Notes: generated from the sequence alone by a model not told the origin. 55,429 bases of DNA from Acidobacteriota bacterium (GCA_011523565.1 WTGL01000072.1:1914-57342), one strand, 5' to 3'; positions 8,964-19,519 are shown, numbered from the stretch's first letter. Translations and numbers: made by a program.

Positions 8964-10820
8964 ATGAACAACACATCGAGGCTGCTGATCGTGGGAGCGA
9001 GTCTGGCCATGGCGGCGGGCTCGCTGCAGGCACAGGACAGGACGATCTCGTATGCGGCCACGTCACAGCCGGAAGATGCCGGAAACCTGATTCGCGTCGA
9101 TGCGTTGATCGCCCGAAAGGCCCTCACCGGCGAACTCCGGCGCGTGTCGACGCGAACCGACCGGATCGGACGAGTTCACGAGTACTTCAGCCAGAGCCAC
9201 GACGGCGTGCCCGTCTACGGCGCCGGCTTCTCGAGGCAGCGAGACGCCGGGAGGACCGTATCCGTGTTCGGCAAGGTCCACGAGGGCATCGACCTCGAGA
9301 CCTCCCCAGGTCTTTCGCCAGCCGCGGCTCTGGCTCGCCTGGAAGAGATAGCGGGCGCCAGGCCGGCCACCGGCGCGCCGCCGACCCTGGCCATCATGCC
9401 GACACCGCTTGGCGAACTCGTGCTCACCTGGAGCGCACCGATGCGGGACCGCCACACGCACTTCATCGACGCGCATAGCGGCGATGTGGTCCACCGGATG
9501 GACCACATCTACTCCGAGCGAGCCGTCGGGTTCGGTGCGGGAATCACCGGCGAGCCGCAGAAGGTCAGTACCTGGCACACGGAGGGGCTCTACCAATCCT
9601 GGGATCGGTTGCGGCCGGCCGAGCTCGTGACTCTGGACGCGGAGAACGATCTACTCAACGCCTTCCTGCTGACCCTTCCCAGTCCCGCCTGGCTGGATGC
9701 GGTGGGGGAAGACGATGACAACGAGTGGTCGAACCCTGCCGTGGTCGCGGGCCACGCCAATCTCGGATTAATGTACGACTACCTGCTCCAGAGGCATGGA
9801 TGGCGAGGCATGGACGGCGAGGACGGGCGCGTGTTCTCGATCGTCGCTGCCGGCGACTTCTTCAACGCCTTCTTCCTGTCGGCCCCCTTCGGGCCGCAGG
9901 GGACCGGCACGATCGCATTCGGCACAACACCGGACAACATCCCGTTCGTGCCACTGGACGTCGTGGGCCACGAGTTGATGCATGGCGTCACCTTCTCCTC
10001 CCTGGTGGCGCGTACCGGCCTGCCGTTCCTCGACACGCACACCGCCATCCTGGGTCCGTCGTCCTTCACGGTGGAAGGTGAGACCGTCCGTTGCGGCGAC
10101 ACCTACACCTTCGAGGATCCCTTCAGTGACGATCCGCAGGCCATGACGGACCCGCCGCCTCTGGTGGCGCCCCTTCTCTGTCTCGACGAGAACGGAATGC
10201 CGACTCAGTCCCGCACCGGAAAGCTCGCGCTGTTCTGGAACGAAGGCGGCGCGATCAACGAGGCGTACTCGGACATCATCGGCGCCAGCGCCGAGTTCGC
10301 GTTCCATCCGCCGGGTGATGGCCTGCTGCGCGCGGACTACGAGAATGGAGAGGACGCGGAGGTCTCGATTCGCCGGATGGACGCTCCTCGTTTGGCCCGC
10401 ATAGGGCCCCACCCCTATCCGGAGGCCATTGGCCAGGAGTTCCGCTTCGTCGTAGCCCTCGTCGGCGAGCGGCTCATCGCCTACACGGGCTACGGCATGC
10501 GCGGCAACACCCCCTTCCGGAGAAGCCGCCCGGGCTACTCCGGACTTCACTGGAACTCCACGATCCTGAGCCACGCCTTCTACCTGGCCATCGAAGGAGG
10601 TGAACACGTCCCCAGCGGGCGGACGATCCAGGGGGTGGGAGGCGCCAACCGGGCTCAGGTCGAGCAGGCCTTCTTCCGGGCCATGGTGGACCTGACGCCT
10701 CCGTTCACCACCTTCGCGGCGATGGGCTTCGTCATTCGACAGGCGGCGGCCGACCTCCACGGCGTCGGCAGCGACGCCTTCAACTCCATCCACGAGGCAC
10801 TGACGGCCGTAGGACTCTGA
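8964..10820 (+). CDS. Secreted M4 (thermolysin-like) zinc metalloprotease
   Basis: Signal peptide MNNTSRLLIVGASLAMAAGSLQAQD. HExxH (VVGHELMHGV) with the downstream GGAINEAYSDIIG glutamate ligand motif. Confidence 0.85.
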   Translation: MNNTSRLLIVGASLAMAAGSLQAQDRTISYAATSQPEDAGNLIRVDALIARKALTGELRRVSTRTDRIGRVHEYFSQSHDGVPVYGAGFSRQRDAGRTVSVFGKVHEGIDLETSPGLSPAAALARLEEIAGARPATGAPPTLAIMPTPLGELVLTWSAPMRDRHTHFIDAHSGDVVHRMDHIYSERAVGFGAGITGEPQKVSTWHTEGLYQSWDRLRPAELVTLDAENDLLNAFLLTLPSPAWLDAVGEDDDNEWSNPAVVAGHANLGLMYDYLLQRHGWRGMDGEDGRVFSIVAAGDFFNAFFLSAPFGPQGTGTIAFGTTPDNIPFVPLDVVGHELMHGVTFSSLVARTGLPFLDTHTAILGPSSFTVEGETVRCGDTYTFEDPFSDDPQAMTDPPPLVAPLLCLDENGMPTQSRTGKLALFWNEGGAINEAYSDIIGASAEFAFHPPGDGLLRADYENGEDAEVSIRRMDAPRLARIGPHPYPEAIGQEFRFVVALVGERLIAYTGYGMRGNTPFRRSRPGYSGLHWNSTILSHAFYLAIEGGEHVPSGRTIQGVGGANRAQVEQAFFRAMVDLTPPFTTFAAMGFVIRQAAADLHGVGSDAFNSIHEALTAVGL

Positions 10821-10824
10821 ACCA

Positions 10825-11598
10825 ATGAAGAAGACCCACAGACTCCTCTCGTCCCTCATCGGCGGGCTCTCACTGCTTCTGTTGGCCACCTCCGCCCTTG
10901 CCCAGGATGACGAGGCGAAGGAACGCTGGTACCTCGGCATCGGCGCCGGCATCCTCTCGACCAGCGACGCTCCCGCAGGCACGTTCAGTTTCGACAACAG
11001 CCTGTTCGGTTCCGAGCAGGGAGAGTTCGACGCCGACTACTCGGCAGACGACGACACCGTCTTCGAGCTGTCCGCGGGTGTGCGCCTGGGCGACGGTCCG
11101 TTCGGCCTCGGCCTGACCTGGTCCCAATCGTCGATGTCCGCTCCGGCCGACATCGTCGGGCGCCTGCCGCATCCGTTCTTCTTCGACACCCTGCGAACCG
11201 TCGAAGGCACGGAGGGCAACCTCACTCGAGAAGAGACGGCGATTCACCTCTCGTTCCGTTGGCTGGTCCGCGAGGGCCAGAAGATCGAGCTGACCCTGTT
11301 CGCCGGTCCTTCGCAGATCGAACTCGACCACGATCTGGTGGCCGAGGTGCACTTCGACCAGACGTACCCGTTCGACGAGGCGACCTATGCCGGCACTCAC
11401 CGGCAGATGGAGTCCGGCGACGCGATGGGCTACCACCTGGGCATCGACATCGTCCGCAAGTTCCGGAACACCGTCGGCGTCGGCGGCGTGCTCCGCTACA
11501 GCCAGGCCGGAATCGACCTGGACGGTCCCGCCGGCAGCAGCGTGTCCGTCGATGCCGGCGGTTTGACGGCGGCCGTCGATCTCCGGTTCCGGTTCTGA
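10825..11598 (+). CDS. Outer-membrane beta-barrel protein (OmpA-barrel/porin-like), function unknown
   Basis: Signal peptide ...LLLLATSALAQDD, alternating beta-strand pattern, and a C-terminal aromatic signature ...AVDLRFRF. Confidence 0.65.
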   Translation: MKKTHRLLSSLIGGLSLLLLATSALAQDDEAKERWYLGIGAGILSTSDAPAGTFSFDNSLFGSEQGEFDADYSADDDTVFELSAGVRLGDGPFGLGLTWSQSSMSAPADIVGRLPHPFFFDTLRTVEGTEGNLTREETAIHLSFRWLVREGQKIELTLFAGPSQIELDHDLVAEVHFDQTYPFDEATYAGTHRQMESGDAMGYHLGIDIVRKFRNTVGVGGVLRYSQAGIDLDGPAGSSVSVDAGGLTAAVDLRFRF

Positions 11599-11706
11599 TC
11601 GAACTCCCGTTCGGCGGGACCTGATACAGCGACCACGAGTTCGCTCCCGTGGGCGCCTCCCTGTGCCGCGGGAATGTAGAATCCCGCTTTCCGGTTATCG
11701 TTTCGT

Positions 11707-13956
11707 ATGGCCGCGTCAGCCACGATCGCCTTGACGCTGCCGCTCCTCGTGCTGGCAGCCGAGGTCGATCCGCGCGTTCGCCTGGTCGAGCTGCAGTCCG
11801 ACGGGCAGCAGGAGGCCGCCCTCGAAGAGACCAGGCGGCTTCGCGGCGAGCAGCCGGACCTCGGAGCCGCCTACGGCCTGTGCTACCTGGAGGGAACGCT
11901 GCTGGAGGAGCTCGGGCGGCTCGAAGACGCCTCCGAGGCCTACGCCACCTGCCTGAACGAAACCCCGGCGCTCGAACCCTGGGCCCGCTACCGGCTGGCG
12001 GTCGCTCAGACCCGGCTCGGCGCCCCGGAGATCGCCGCCGGCGTCACCGCGACGCTGCTCGGTGCCCGTCCGCCGCGGGTCCTCGTGCGGCCGGCCGCCG
12101 AACTGCTCGCCTCGAGCCTCGACCGGGGCGGCGACTGCCGGCTCCTCGCCGGCATCCCCGTATCCCGCATGCCGGCATCCGAACGCCGCCTGCTGACCCT
12201 GAGCCGCGCCAAGTGCCGGCTGGCCGCGGGCGGGCAGGACGAGGGGGCCCTCGACCTGGTCGGCCTGCTCGAGGAGCGGTCGAACGACCTCGTCGCCTTC
12301 GAGGCGGCCGAACGCCTGCACTGGCTCCGACCGGAACTCGAGGATCCCGACGAAGTGCTGCTGCTCGGAACGACGTTCCACGAACATCGCGCGTTCGACC
12401 GTTCCAACCAACTGCTGGGGCAGATCGTGATCGACCTGGAGGTACGGTCGAACTCCGACTTCGAGGTCCACTACCGGTGGGCGCGAAGCCACTTCTGGCA
12501 GGGCCGCCTCGAAGACGCGGCCCGGCACTACGAAGTGCTGGCCACCAACGTGAACTCGGCCAGCCGTTCGGCCCAGGCGCTCTACCAGAAGGCCCGGTCC
12601 GAAGAGCTGTTCAGCGACTGGCCGGCCGCCTCGAACACCTTCCGGCGCGCCTATCTGGCCCAACCCCAGGGCAACTTCGCGGCCGCGGCGCTGCTCGGCG
12701 CGATGCGCCTCGACTGGCGCCGCGGACTCGAGGACGAGGCGCTCGAGCTCTACCCCGTCCTGCTCCAGATTCAGAGCGATCGCGCCGTGGTCGCCCGCGG
12801 CAGCCTGTTCCTCGCCGTTTCGGACATCGTCCAGGGACGCCTCGACCGCGCCGGGGACTGGCTGGCCGACGCCGCCCGCACGAGTCGAAGCGTGACGCTC
12901 GAGGTGCGCTACTGGCAGGGCCGGCTGCTCGAAGCCCGCGGCGGCCTGGACCGCGCGATCGAGCACTACGCCGACGTGCTCGCGGCCGACCCCTTCCACC
13001 CCCTGGCGGAGGCGGCCGCCAAGCGCCTGGCGGCGCCGGCGCTCGCGGTTCATGCCCGGCGCATCGCCGGCGAGATGATGAGTTCCCAGAACCCCGCGGC
13101 GCTCTACCGAGCCTGGCTGCTCTACGGCCGGCGCGGCGACAACGCGGAGGCCGCGCGGCAGACGCTCCAGGGGCAACTGGCCGCCGACTCGGCCATCCGC
13201 TCCTTCCTGACGCTGCAGGGCGTGCCGGCCGAGAGCTGGCCACTCTGGAACGAGTCGCTCTCCGATCCGCAGGAACTCATGCTGGCGCTCGGCCTGTGGG
13301 GAGAGGCGGTCGAAGTCGTGAACCGGCACTTCCCCGTGGCCAGTCCGCGTCTCGCCCTGACCGCGGCCGAGGGTCTCGCCGAGACGCGGCCCCGCCGCGC
13401 GCTCCTGATCGCCGAGATCCTGGCTCAGCGGGCACCGGGCCGGCTCCCCGAGCCGCTCCACCCGCCGACCCTCCGCAAGGCGCTCTACCCGAGGGCCTAC
13501 GGCGACCTGATCGACTCCGCCGCCGCCCGGCGCGGCCTCGACCCCTTCCTGGTGGCGGCGATCATGCGCCAGGAGAGCCGGTTCGACCACCAGGCGGTCT
13601 CCGCGGCCTCGGCGCGGGGCCTGATGCAGTTCGTCTATCCGACCGCGGTGCGGCTGGCGGCGAGTTCCGGCACGCCGCTGCGAACGCCGCGCGACCTGGA
13701 GGATCCCGCCCTCGCGATCGAACTCGGCGCCGCGTATCTGGCCGAGTTGGGCGCCCTGTTCGGCAACGAGCAGCACATGATGGTCGCCGCCTACAACGCC
13801 GGCGAACCGGTGGCAGGCCTCTGGCGCCGCTACTGCTACACCGATGGCGCCGACGAGTACTTCACCAAGGTCGCCTTCAACGAGACCCGGAACTACGTGG
13901 AGCAGGTGCTCCACAACGTCGCCCAGTACCACGACCTCTACGACCGCACGGGCTAG
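11707..13956 (+). CDS. slt: Soluble lytic murein transglycosylase (Slt70-like: superhelical N-domain plus SLT domain)
   Basis: 749 aa. SLT catalytic block IMRQESRFDHQAVSAASARGLMQF...AYNAG. Long helical-repeat N-terminus and a signal-like N-terminus. Confidence 0.85.
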   Translation: MAASATIALTLPLLVLAAEVDPRVRLVELQSDGQQEAALEETRRLRGEQPDLGAAYGLCYLEGTLLEELGRLEDASEAYATCLNETPALEPWARYRLAVAQTRLGAPEIAAGVTATLLGARPPRVLVRPAAELLASSLDRGGDCRLLAGIPVSRMPASERRLLTLSRAKCRLAAGGQDEGALDLVGLLEERSNDLVAFEAAERLHWLRPELEDPDEVLLLGTTFHEHRAFDRSNQLLGQIVIDLEVRSNSDFEVHYRWARSHFWQGRLEDAARHYEVLATNVNSASRSAQALYQKARSEELFSDWPAASNTFRRAYLAQPQGNFAAAALLGAMRLDWRRGLEDEALELYPVLLQIQSDRAVVARGSLFLAVSDIVQGRLDRAGDWLADAARTSRSVTLEVRYWQGRLLEARGGLDRAIEHYADVLAADPFHPLAEAAAKRLAAPALAVHARRIAGEMMSSQNPAALYRAWLLYGRRGDNAEAARQTLQGQLAADSAIRSFLTLQGVPAESWPLWNESLSDPQELMLALGLWGEAVEVVNRHFPVASPRLALTAAEGLAETRPRRALLIAEILAQRAPGRLPEPLHPPTLRKALYPRAYGDLIDSAAARRGLDPFLVAAIMRQESRFDHQAVSAASARGLMQFVYPTAVRLAASSGTPLRTPRDLEDPALAIELGAAYLAELGALFGNEQHMMVAAYNAGEPVAGLWRRYCYTDGADEYFTKVAFNETRNYVEQVLHNVAQYHDLYDRTG

Positions 13957-14006
13957 CGCCGCCAAACCTGTCGCAGGCTCCATGTTTGGCCCCAGCCCCC
14001 ACCTCA

Positions 14007-14033
14007 CCAGGAGGCTGCGTCGCAGCCTCCTGG
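14007..14033 (+). terminator. Hairpin downstream of slt, a possible intrinsic terminator
   Basis: CCAGGAGGCTG-CGTCG-CAGCCTCCTGG followed by TTCTGCC. The T-tract is weak. Confidence 0.4.
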
Positions 14034-14040
14034 TTCTGCC

Positions 14041-14763
14041 ATGAGCTCGCCCAGACCGGCGGCCGGCCGGCTGCGGATCGTGGCCACGCCGATCGGCAAC
14101 CTGGCCGATCTCTCCCCGCGCGCCCGCGACGCCCTGCTCTCGGCCGACCTGGTCGCCTGCGAGGACACCCGCCGCACCGGACGGCTGTTCCAGAACCTGG
14201 GCGCCGCCGGCCCGAGCGCCCGGCCGCCGCTCCTTCCGCTTCACGACCACAACGAGGACCGCCAGATCGGCCGCGTGCTGCGAACGCTCGAGGAAGGCGG
14301 CGCGGTGACCCTGGTCTCGGACGCGGGCACCCCGCTCGTCTCCGACCCCGGCTACCGCCTGGTGCGGGCCGCCGTGCGGCAGGGCCTCGCGGTCGAGGCG
14401 CTGCCCGGCCCCTCAGCCATCCTGACCGCCCTCGTGGTCTCCGGCCTGCCGCCCTACCCGTTCACGTTCCTTGGCTTCCCGCCAAGGAAGAAGGGCCGGC
14501 GCCGACGGTTCTTCGGCTCCCACGCGGCGCTCCCGCACACGCTCGTGTTCTTCGAGTCGCCCCGGCGCGCGGCCGCCTCGCTGGCCGACGCCGCCGGCGC
14601 CTTCGGCACCGACCGCGACGCCGCACTGGCCCGCGAGTTGACCAAGCTCCACGAGGAAGTGCTGCGAGGAACGCTCGGGGAAGTCGCCGCGCAGGTGGCA
14701 GGCCGCGCGAAGCTCCGCGGCGAGGTGACGGTCGTGGTCGGCGGGTGCAATCGGCGCCCCTGA
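14041..14763 (+). CDS. rsmI: 16S rRNA (cytidine1402-2'-O)-methyltransferase
   Basis: N-terminus LRIVATPIGNLADLSPRARDALLSADLVACEDTRRTGRLF is the RsmI tetrapyrrole-methylase-fold signature. Confidence 0.9.
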   Translation: MSSPRPAAGRLRIVATPIGNLADLSPRARDALLSADLVACEDTRRTGRLFQNLGAAGPSARPPLLPLHDHNEDRQIGRVLRTLEEGGAVTLVSDAGTPLVSDPGYRLVRAAVRQGLAVEALPGPSAILTALVVSGLPPYPFTFLGFPPRKKGRRRRFFGSHAALPHTLVFFESPRRAAASLADAAGAFGTDRDAALARELTKLHEEVLRGTLGEVAAQVAGRAKLRGEVTVVVGGCNRRP

Positions 14764-14775
14764 CGGCGCGTCGCG

Positions 14776-15423
14776 CTACTGCTCGGGCTCGATCCAGCCT
14801 TCCGGCAGCGGCGGGCTGGCGCTGGCGGGCGGACATTGGGAAGCGGGCCGCCCTCCAAACGTAGGCACCTGCGGCTGCCCCAGCGATACCAGGCTCTCGA
14901 ACAGCCCCTGGCACCTGGGATAGGGCTCGAAGTACCTGGCCGGGATCTGCCCGTCCTGGTCCCATGCGTCGTTGAGCATGAGTGCCGTTCCCCAGTAGCA
15001 GCGCCAGGCGTTGCGACGCGCACCGCGCGGGATCATGCAGACCACTGCGGCGTCCGGATAGTCCCCTGCGTAGCCAGGAGCGACATCCTTGGCCAGACCG
15101 GTTCGCACGGCCCACATCGCCTCCGTGTCGTTGTGCACGGCGAACAGGATCGACTGGCGTTCCGTCGTCACCGCCAGTTCCAGTCTCCAGAGGCCGTCTC
15201 GCTCACGGATGTTGACAAGAGCCTCGGAATCCTCCTGGTCTTCCACCCAGTACAGGACTCCCCTGTCCGACGACCAGGCCGCCGGGTTCGCGAACGTCCC
15301 CATCGACTCGTCCTTCCATGCGACCCGGAACTGCGCGTTCTGCAGGTAGTCCCGGGCAAGGAGCGAGGAGCTGACAAACGCCAGTGCTAGTGCGACCGCG
15401 GCGACGATGGGAAGTCGCTTCAT
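14776..15423 (-). CDS. Secreted hypothetical protein
   Basis: The ATG at 15423 (MKRLPIVAAVALALAFVSSSLLA, a signal peptide) is preceded by GGAAAGGA. The 421-aa track ORF extends upstream as a low-complexity shadow. Confidence 0.6.
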   Translation of the reverse strand: MKRLPIVAAVALALAFVSSSLLARDYLQNAQFRVAWKDESMGTFANPAAWSSDRGVLYWVEDQEDSEALVNIRERDGLWRLELAVTTERQSILFAVHNDTEAMWAVRTGLAKDVAPGYAGDYPDAAVVCMIPRGARRNAWRCYWGTALMLNDAWDQDGQIPARYFEPYPRCQGLFESLVSLGQPQVPTFGGRPASQCPPASASPPLPEGWIEPEQ

Positions 15424-15676
15424 TGGGGACATTCCTTTCCGATGGTTGAGTTGCAGGTCGGCTTGAGTGCTTCGGGCGCGAGTGTAGTGCAAGAAGCAGG
15501 CAGAGAGATAGATGCTCCCCTCAGCCCACAACGGGGGGCCTGAGGCCTCGGCCGGCGGTCCCCGAAACTCACCGATGTAGACTCGCAACTCGGGCGAGAT
15601 CCGGGCCGGTTGGCTGCCCCCTCGAAGAGACCTCACCAGGTCTTGCCCTCCGAAGCTCGAGAGCGAGGGGGCGGAC

Positions 15677-16525
15677 ATGAACAGGGACCAGATCGTCGAG
15701 GCCTTCAGACACCCGGAGCCCAGCGCCGGCAGCGTCGAACTCCAGCGGCGCATCGCGGAGACGATGACCGCCGCGGTCGTCGATGTCGCCGGCAGCCTGC
15801 CGGACTGCGACGAACGCAACGCCTTCATCGACTTCTGCCGGCGGGCCCAGTGGGCGGCCAATACGGCAGCCCTCAGAACGAAGGCCGGCGCATGGACCGA
15901 TCCGGCCGAAGCGCAGGAAGCGGACGTCCCGGCCGGCCCGGAACGCACCGTTTCCGAGGACGGAGTCGTCCGTCTCGGGCTGGCCGGCGCGTTCCACCGC
16001 GCGACCGGGGAGCGGCCCGACTTCGAAACCCGGCTCGACACGCCGCCCGGAACCTACCGGCGGATCGTGTTCCGCTTCCGTGTGCATCACGGCGGCTGGA
16101 ACCGTGTCCCGTCCCGCAACCAGAACCTGTTCTGGTTCGCCCGCGACCGGCACGCCGACCTGTTCGGTTTCGGCGTCGCCAGGGGGCCGGGCGGTCCGCC
16201 GCAGGTCTTCTACCGCACCGACTGGGGCGTCAAGCACACGGACAAGCAACGGGTGGTCGAGCGCTACCTGATGCAGGCCGGCGAGACCTACGACGTCCGC
16301 TTCGACTTCGACGCCGGCGGCGGCCGGATCGTCCTCGCGCTGGCCGACTCGAGCGGCGCCGAAGTGATGCGCGCCATCGGCAAGCCGAACATCGACCAGA
16401 TCCCGTTCAGCGCCGGCCAGAAGGTGGCGGTCGGCTTCGGCTTCCGCGGCGACTACGACAACGAGCCCGCGCAGCCCGGCTGGGTGTGGTCCGATCTGGT
16501 GGTGGAGCTGGAGCCCGCGGGCTAG
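15677..16525 (+). CDS. Hypothetical protein (beta-rich C-terminal half)
   Basis: 282-aa ORF with non-degenerate composition and G/C-rich third positions. No motif recognised. Confidence 0.55.
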   Translation: MNRDQIVEAFRHPEPSAGSVELQRRIAETMTAAVVDVAGSLPDCDERNAFIDFCRRAQWAANTAALRTKAGAWTDPAEAQEADVPAGPERTVSEDGVVRLGLAGAFHRATGERPDFETRLDTPPGTYRRIVFRFRVHHGGWNRVPSRNQNLFWFARDRHADLFGFGVARGPGGPPQVFYRTDWGVKHTDKQRVVERYLMQAGETYDVRFDFDAGGGRIVLALADSSGAEVMRAIGKPNIDQIPFSAGQKVAVGFGFRGDYDNEPAQPGWVWSDLVVELEPAG

Positions 16526-17655
16526 AGAGCCCGCTCGATCCAGCAGCCGCCGAGGACCTGGCTACCCCGATAGAACACCGCCGCCTGACCGGGTGCGACG
16601 CCGGCCTGCGGTTCGCTGAAGCGGACCTCGCAGGCGCCGGCGCCATCCGCGGCCGGCAAGCTCTCTACCGTCGCCCTGACGCCGGGGTGGCGCGAGCGGA
16701 TCCGCACGTCGACCTCCACCGCCCGGTCCGCGGCGGCCCCGGCGATCCAGTGCAGGCCGCGGCCGATCAGGCCCGGCGCCAGCAGTTCGTCACGGCCGCC
16801 GACGACGATCCGGTTGTCTTCCGGCTGCACGTCGAGCACGTACAGCCGGCGGCCGGCGGCAACGCCCAGGCCACGCCTCTGCCCCACGGTGTAGCGGTAG
16901 TACGGCGCGCCGGCGCCCAGTTCCTCGCCGTCGCTCGCGCTGACCTGCGCCGGGCGCCGCGGCAGGTCGGGCCGTTCGCTCTCGATGAACTCCCGCACGC
17001 CGCGATCGACGAAGCAGATCTCCATGCTCTCGCCCTTCTCCGCCACCGCCAGACCGGCCTCGCGGGCCAGTTCGCGCACCTCCGTCTTGGTCAGCTCACC
17101 GAGCGGGAAGAGGGCGCGCTCCAGTTGCTCCTGGTTCAGCTCGAACAGGAAGTAGCTCTGGTCCTTCGACTCGTCGACCGCCCTGTGCAGCTCGTAGAGC
17201 CCACCCGTCCCGCGCCGGATGCGCGCGTAGTGGCCGGTGGCGATTCGGCCAGCCCCCAGCCGGCGCGCCCGCTCCCAGAAGGCCTCGAACTTGATCTCCG
17301 TGTTGCAGGAGATGCACGGGCTCGGGGTGCGGCCGCCGACGTAACCGTCCACGAAGGGATCGACCACGTGCCGGCGAAACTCCCCGTCCATCCTCAGCGT
17401 GTAGTGCGGCAGGCCGAGCTGCTCCGCCACCCGGCGCGCGTCGCCGAGGTCGAGCGAACCGCAGCAGCGGCCGTGCCGGACCTGCTGCGAACGATCCCAG
17501 AGCAGCATCGACAGGCCGACCACCGGCGTCCCCCGGCGCTCGAGGAGCAGCGCCGCCACCGAGGAATCCAGCCCGCCGCTCATCGCCACCGCGGTCAGCG
17601 GTGCGGGCACGGCACTCTCGCCGGCCGGTACCGCTGTCTGGACCTCGGCGGTCAT
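16522..17655 (-). CDS. mnmA: tRNA-specific 2-thiouridylase
   Basis: PP-loop VAMSGGLDSSVAALLL and the conserved ...CCGSLD... and GHYAR blocks. The ATG at 17655 overlaps the stop of the upstream desulfurase gene (ATGA). Confidence 0.9.
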   Translation of the reverse strand: MTAEVQTAVPAGESAVPAPLTAVAMSGGLDSSVAALLLERRGTPVVGLSMLLWDRSQQVRHGRCCGSLDLGDARRVAEQLGLPHYTLRMDGEFRRHVVDPFVDGYVGGRTPSPCISCNTEIKFEAFWERARRLGAGRIATGHYARIRRGTGGLYELHRAVDESKDQSYFLFELNQEQLERALFPLGELTKTEVRELAREAGLAVAEKGESMEICFVDRGVREFIESERPDLPRRPAQVSASDGEELGAGAPYYRYTVGQRRGLGVAAGRRLYVLDVQPEDNRIVVGGRDELLAPGLIGRGLHWIAGAAADRAVEVDVRIRSRHPGVRATVESLPAADGAGACEVRFSEPQAGVAPGQAAVFYRGSQVLGGCWIERAL

Positions 17656-18821
17656 CCGGCCACCGCCCGCGCCGCCGGCTCCGCGGAGAGGGACCGCAGC
17701 GCCTCCACTTCGGCCGCCAGCACCGGCAGAAACCGCGCGATCTCCGCCTCGTCGTTCGTCGTCCCCAGACTGACCCGGATCGACGCCAGGGCCTCGGCCG
17801 CCGGAACGCCCATCGCCAGCAGCGCCCTGCTCGGCTCGACGACGCCCGAAGCGCACGCGGCGCCGGTCGAAACCGCGAAGCCGGCCAGGTCGAGCCGGAC
17901 GACCAGTTCCTCGCCGATCAGACCGGGAAAGGCGACATGGGTCACATGGGGCAGACGCGGCGACGAGGCGCAGTGCAGGCGAGCGTCCGGGAGACCGGAA
18001 AGACCCGCCTCCAGCCCGTCGCGCAGGTCGCCCAGGCGCTCGATGCGCTCGTCAAGCTCCTGTGACGCCAGCGCCGCGCAGGCTCCGAAACCGACCAGTG
18101 CCGCGACATTCTCCGTGCCGGCCCGCCGCCGGCGCTCCTGGCCGCCGCCGAGGATCAGCGGCTCGAAGCCGGCGCCCTCGCGGATCCGGAGCGCCGCCGC
18201 GCCCACCGGCCCGTTGAACTTGTGGGCCGCGACGACGAGGTAGTCCACCCCCAGGGCCCCGGCATCGATGGCCAGCTTGCCCGCCGCCTGGACCGCGTCG
18301 CAGAGGAGCGGCACGCCCCGGGCCCGGCACGCGGCCGCCGCCTCCGCCACCGGCTGCACCGTACCCAGTTCGTTGTTGGCCAGCATGAGGCACACCAGCC
18401 GGGTGTCCGGCCGGAGCGCCGCCACGAGCGAATCCACGGAGACGACCCCGTCCACACCCGGGCAGAGCCGCGTCACCTCGACGCCGAGTCCCTCCAGCCG
18501 GTCCGCCGCGGCCTGAATCGACGGGTGCTCCAGCTCCGAGATCACCAGGTGGCCGCCGCCCTTGCCGGCGAACGCCGACAGCAGAACCGCGTTGTTCGCC
18601 TCCGTCCCCGACGCGGTGAAGACGATCTCGGGGGAAATGCCGCCGACGAGCTCCGCCACCTGCTCCCGCGCCTCTTCGACCGCGGCACGCGCCGTCCGCC
18701 CGAAGGAATGAACCGACGACGGATTGCCGTGGAGCCCCCCGAGCCAGGGCTTCATGGCTTCCGCCACCCGCGGATCGAGCGGGGTCGTCGCGTTGTGGTC
18801 GAGGTAGACGGGAGCGGGCAT
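17652..18821 (-). CDS. Cysteine desulfurase (NifS/IscS family, PLP-dependent)
   Basis: N-terminus VYLDHNATTPLDPRV, PLP lysine block AAHKFNGPVG, and catalytic Cys loop STGAACASG. Coupled to mnmA. Confidence 0.9.
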   Translation of the reverse strand: MPAPVYLDHNATTPLDPRVAEAMKPWLGGLHGNPSSVHSFGRTARAAVEEAREQVAELVGGISPEIVFTASGTEANNAVLLSAFAGKGGGHLVISELEHPSIQAAADRLEGLGVEVTRLCPGVDGVVSVDSLVAALRPDTRLVCLMLANNELGTVQPVAEAAAACRARGVPLLCDAVQAAGKLAIDAGALGVDYLVVAAHKFNGPVGAAALRIREGAGFEPLILGGGQERRRRAGTENVAALVGFGACAALASQELDERIERLGDLRDGLEAGLSGLPDARLHCASSPRLPHVTHVAFPGLIGEELVVRLDLAGFAVSTGAACASGVVEPSRALLAMGVPAAEALASIRVSLGTTNDEAEIARFLPVLAAEVEALRSLSAEPAARAVAG

Positions 18822-18870
18822 GGTGGCGACAACGCACTCGCGTGCCTTACGGACGCCGGGCGTTCTCCAG

Positions 18871-19392
18871 CTACAGGAAGGCCAGGCGGACCAGGGCGAG
18901 GATGATCGGCACGGTGCTGGCGAGGACGAAGCCGAGCAGCCACTTGATCATCGTCAACTGACCGCTCATTCCGTCGATCTTGCCCTCCAGGCCATCCATG
19001 CGACCTTCAAGTGCATCGATCCGGCCATCCATACGACCTTCAATTGCATCGACCCGGCCGCCCAGGCGGGCCTCGAGGCTCTCGAACCTGGCAACGATCT
19101 CCTGGCGGAGAGAGTCGAACCGCTCTCGAACTTCGAGCCGAAGGCCCTCAACGACCATGACCAGGCCGTCGATCCGGCCCTTCACGGCGGCCATGTCGAC
19201 CTTGAGTTCGCCGACGTCGGTCTTGAGGACCTCGACATCCTCCTTGAGGACCTCGACATCCTCCTTGGTCGCCAGTCGATCCTCGCGGCCGGTCATGACC
19301 TCCACCAGGGCCTCAACTTGCACTGCATCGAATCCGGCCTCCTCCAGCCTCTGTCGGGCTCCGCGCCGGTAGTTTACCGTCAGGTTCTCCAC
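18871..19392 (-). CDS. DUF1640-like coiled-coil protein with a C-terminal TM anchor
   Basis: The GTG at 19392 is preceded by AAGGAGGAG. The N-terminus RQRLEEAGFDAVQVEALVEVM parallels the paralog at 49899-50351. Heptad/hendecad repeats are present (KEDVEVL x2, GRxDAxEGRMD x2). C-terminal TM segment: IKWLLGFVLASTVPIILALVRLAFL. Confidence 0.65.
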   Translation of the reverse strand: MENLTVNYRRGARQRLEEAGFDAVQVEALVEVMTGREDRLATKEDVEVLKEDVEVLKTDVGELKVDMAAVKGRIDGLVMVVEGLRLEVRERFDSLRQEIVARFESLEARLGGRVDAIEGRMDGRIDALEGRMDGLEGKIDGMSGQLTMIKWLLGFVLASTVPIILALVRLAFL

Positions 19393-19519
19393 GATCCGTT
19401 CTCCTCCTTGAGCCGGCGATGGTCCACCGGATCCGGTTGCTCTACCTGACAAGGACGGATTCTCGGCCCGGCATCCGGGCTCGGGTGCGCCCGTGGCGGC
19501 ACGCTACGCTTGACCGTTG

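Noticed and set aside
14776-16041. 421-aa ORF as given in the track. Similar N-terminally extended track ORFs: 5196-6227, 24396-25196, 31803-33320, 16522-17856, 51758-53044.
   Set aside because: The upstream portions are low-complexity or overlap neighbouring genes. Internal starts with RBS or signal peptide, or with ATGA/GTGA coupling, give products that begin at the conserved family N-termini. The shorter coordinates were used.
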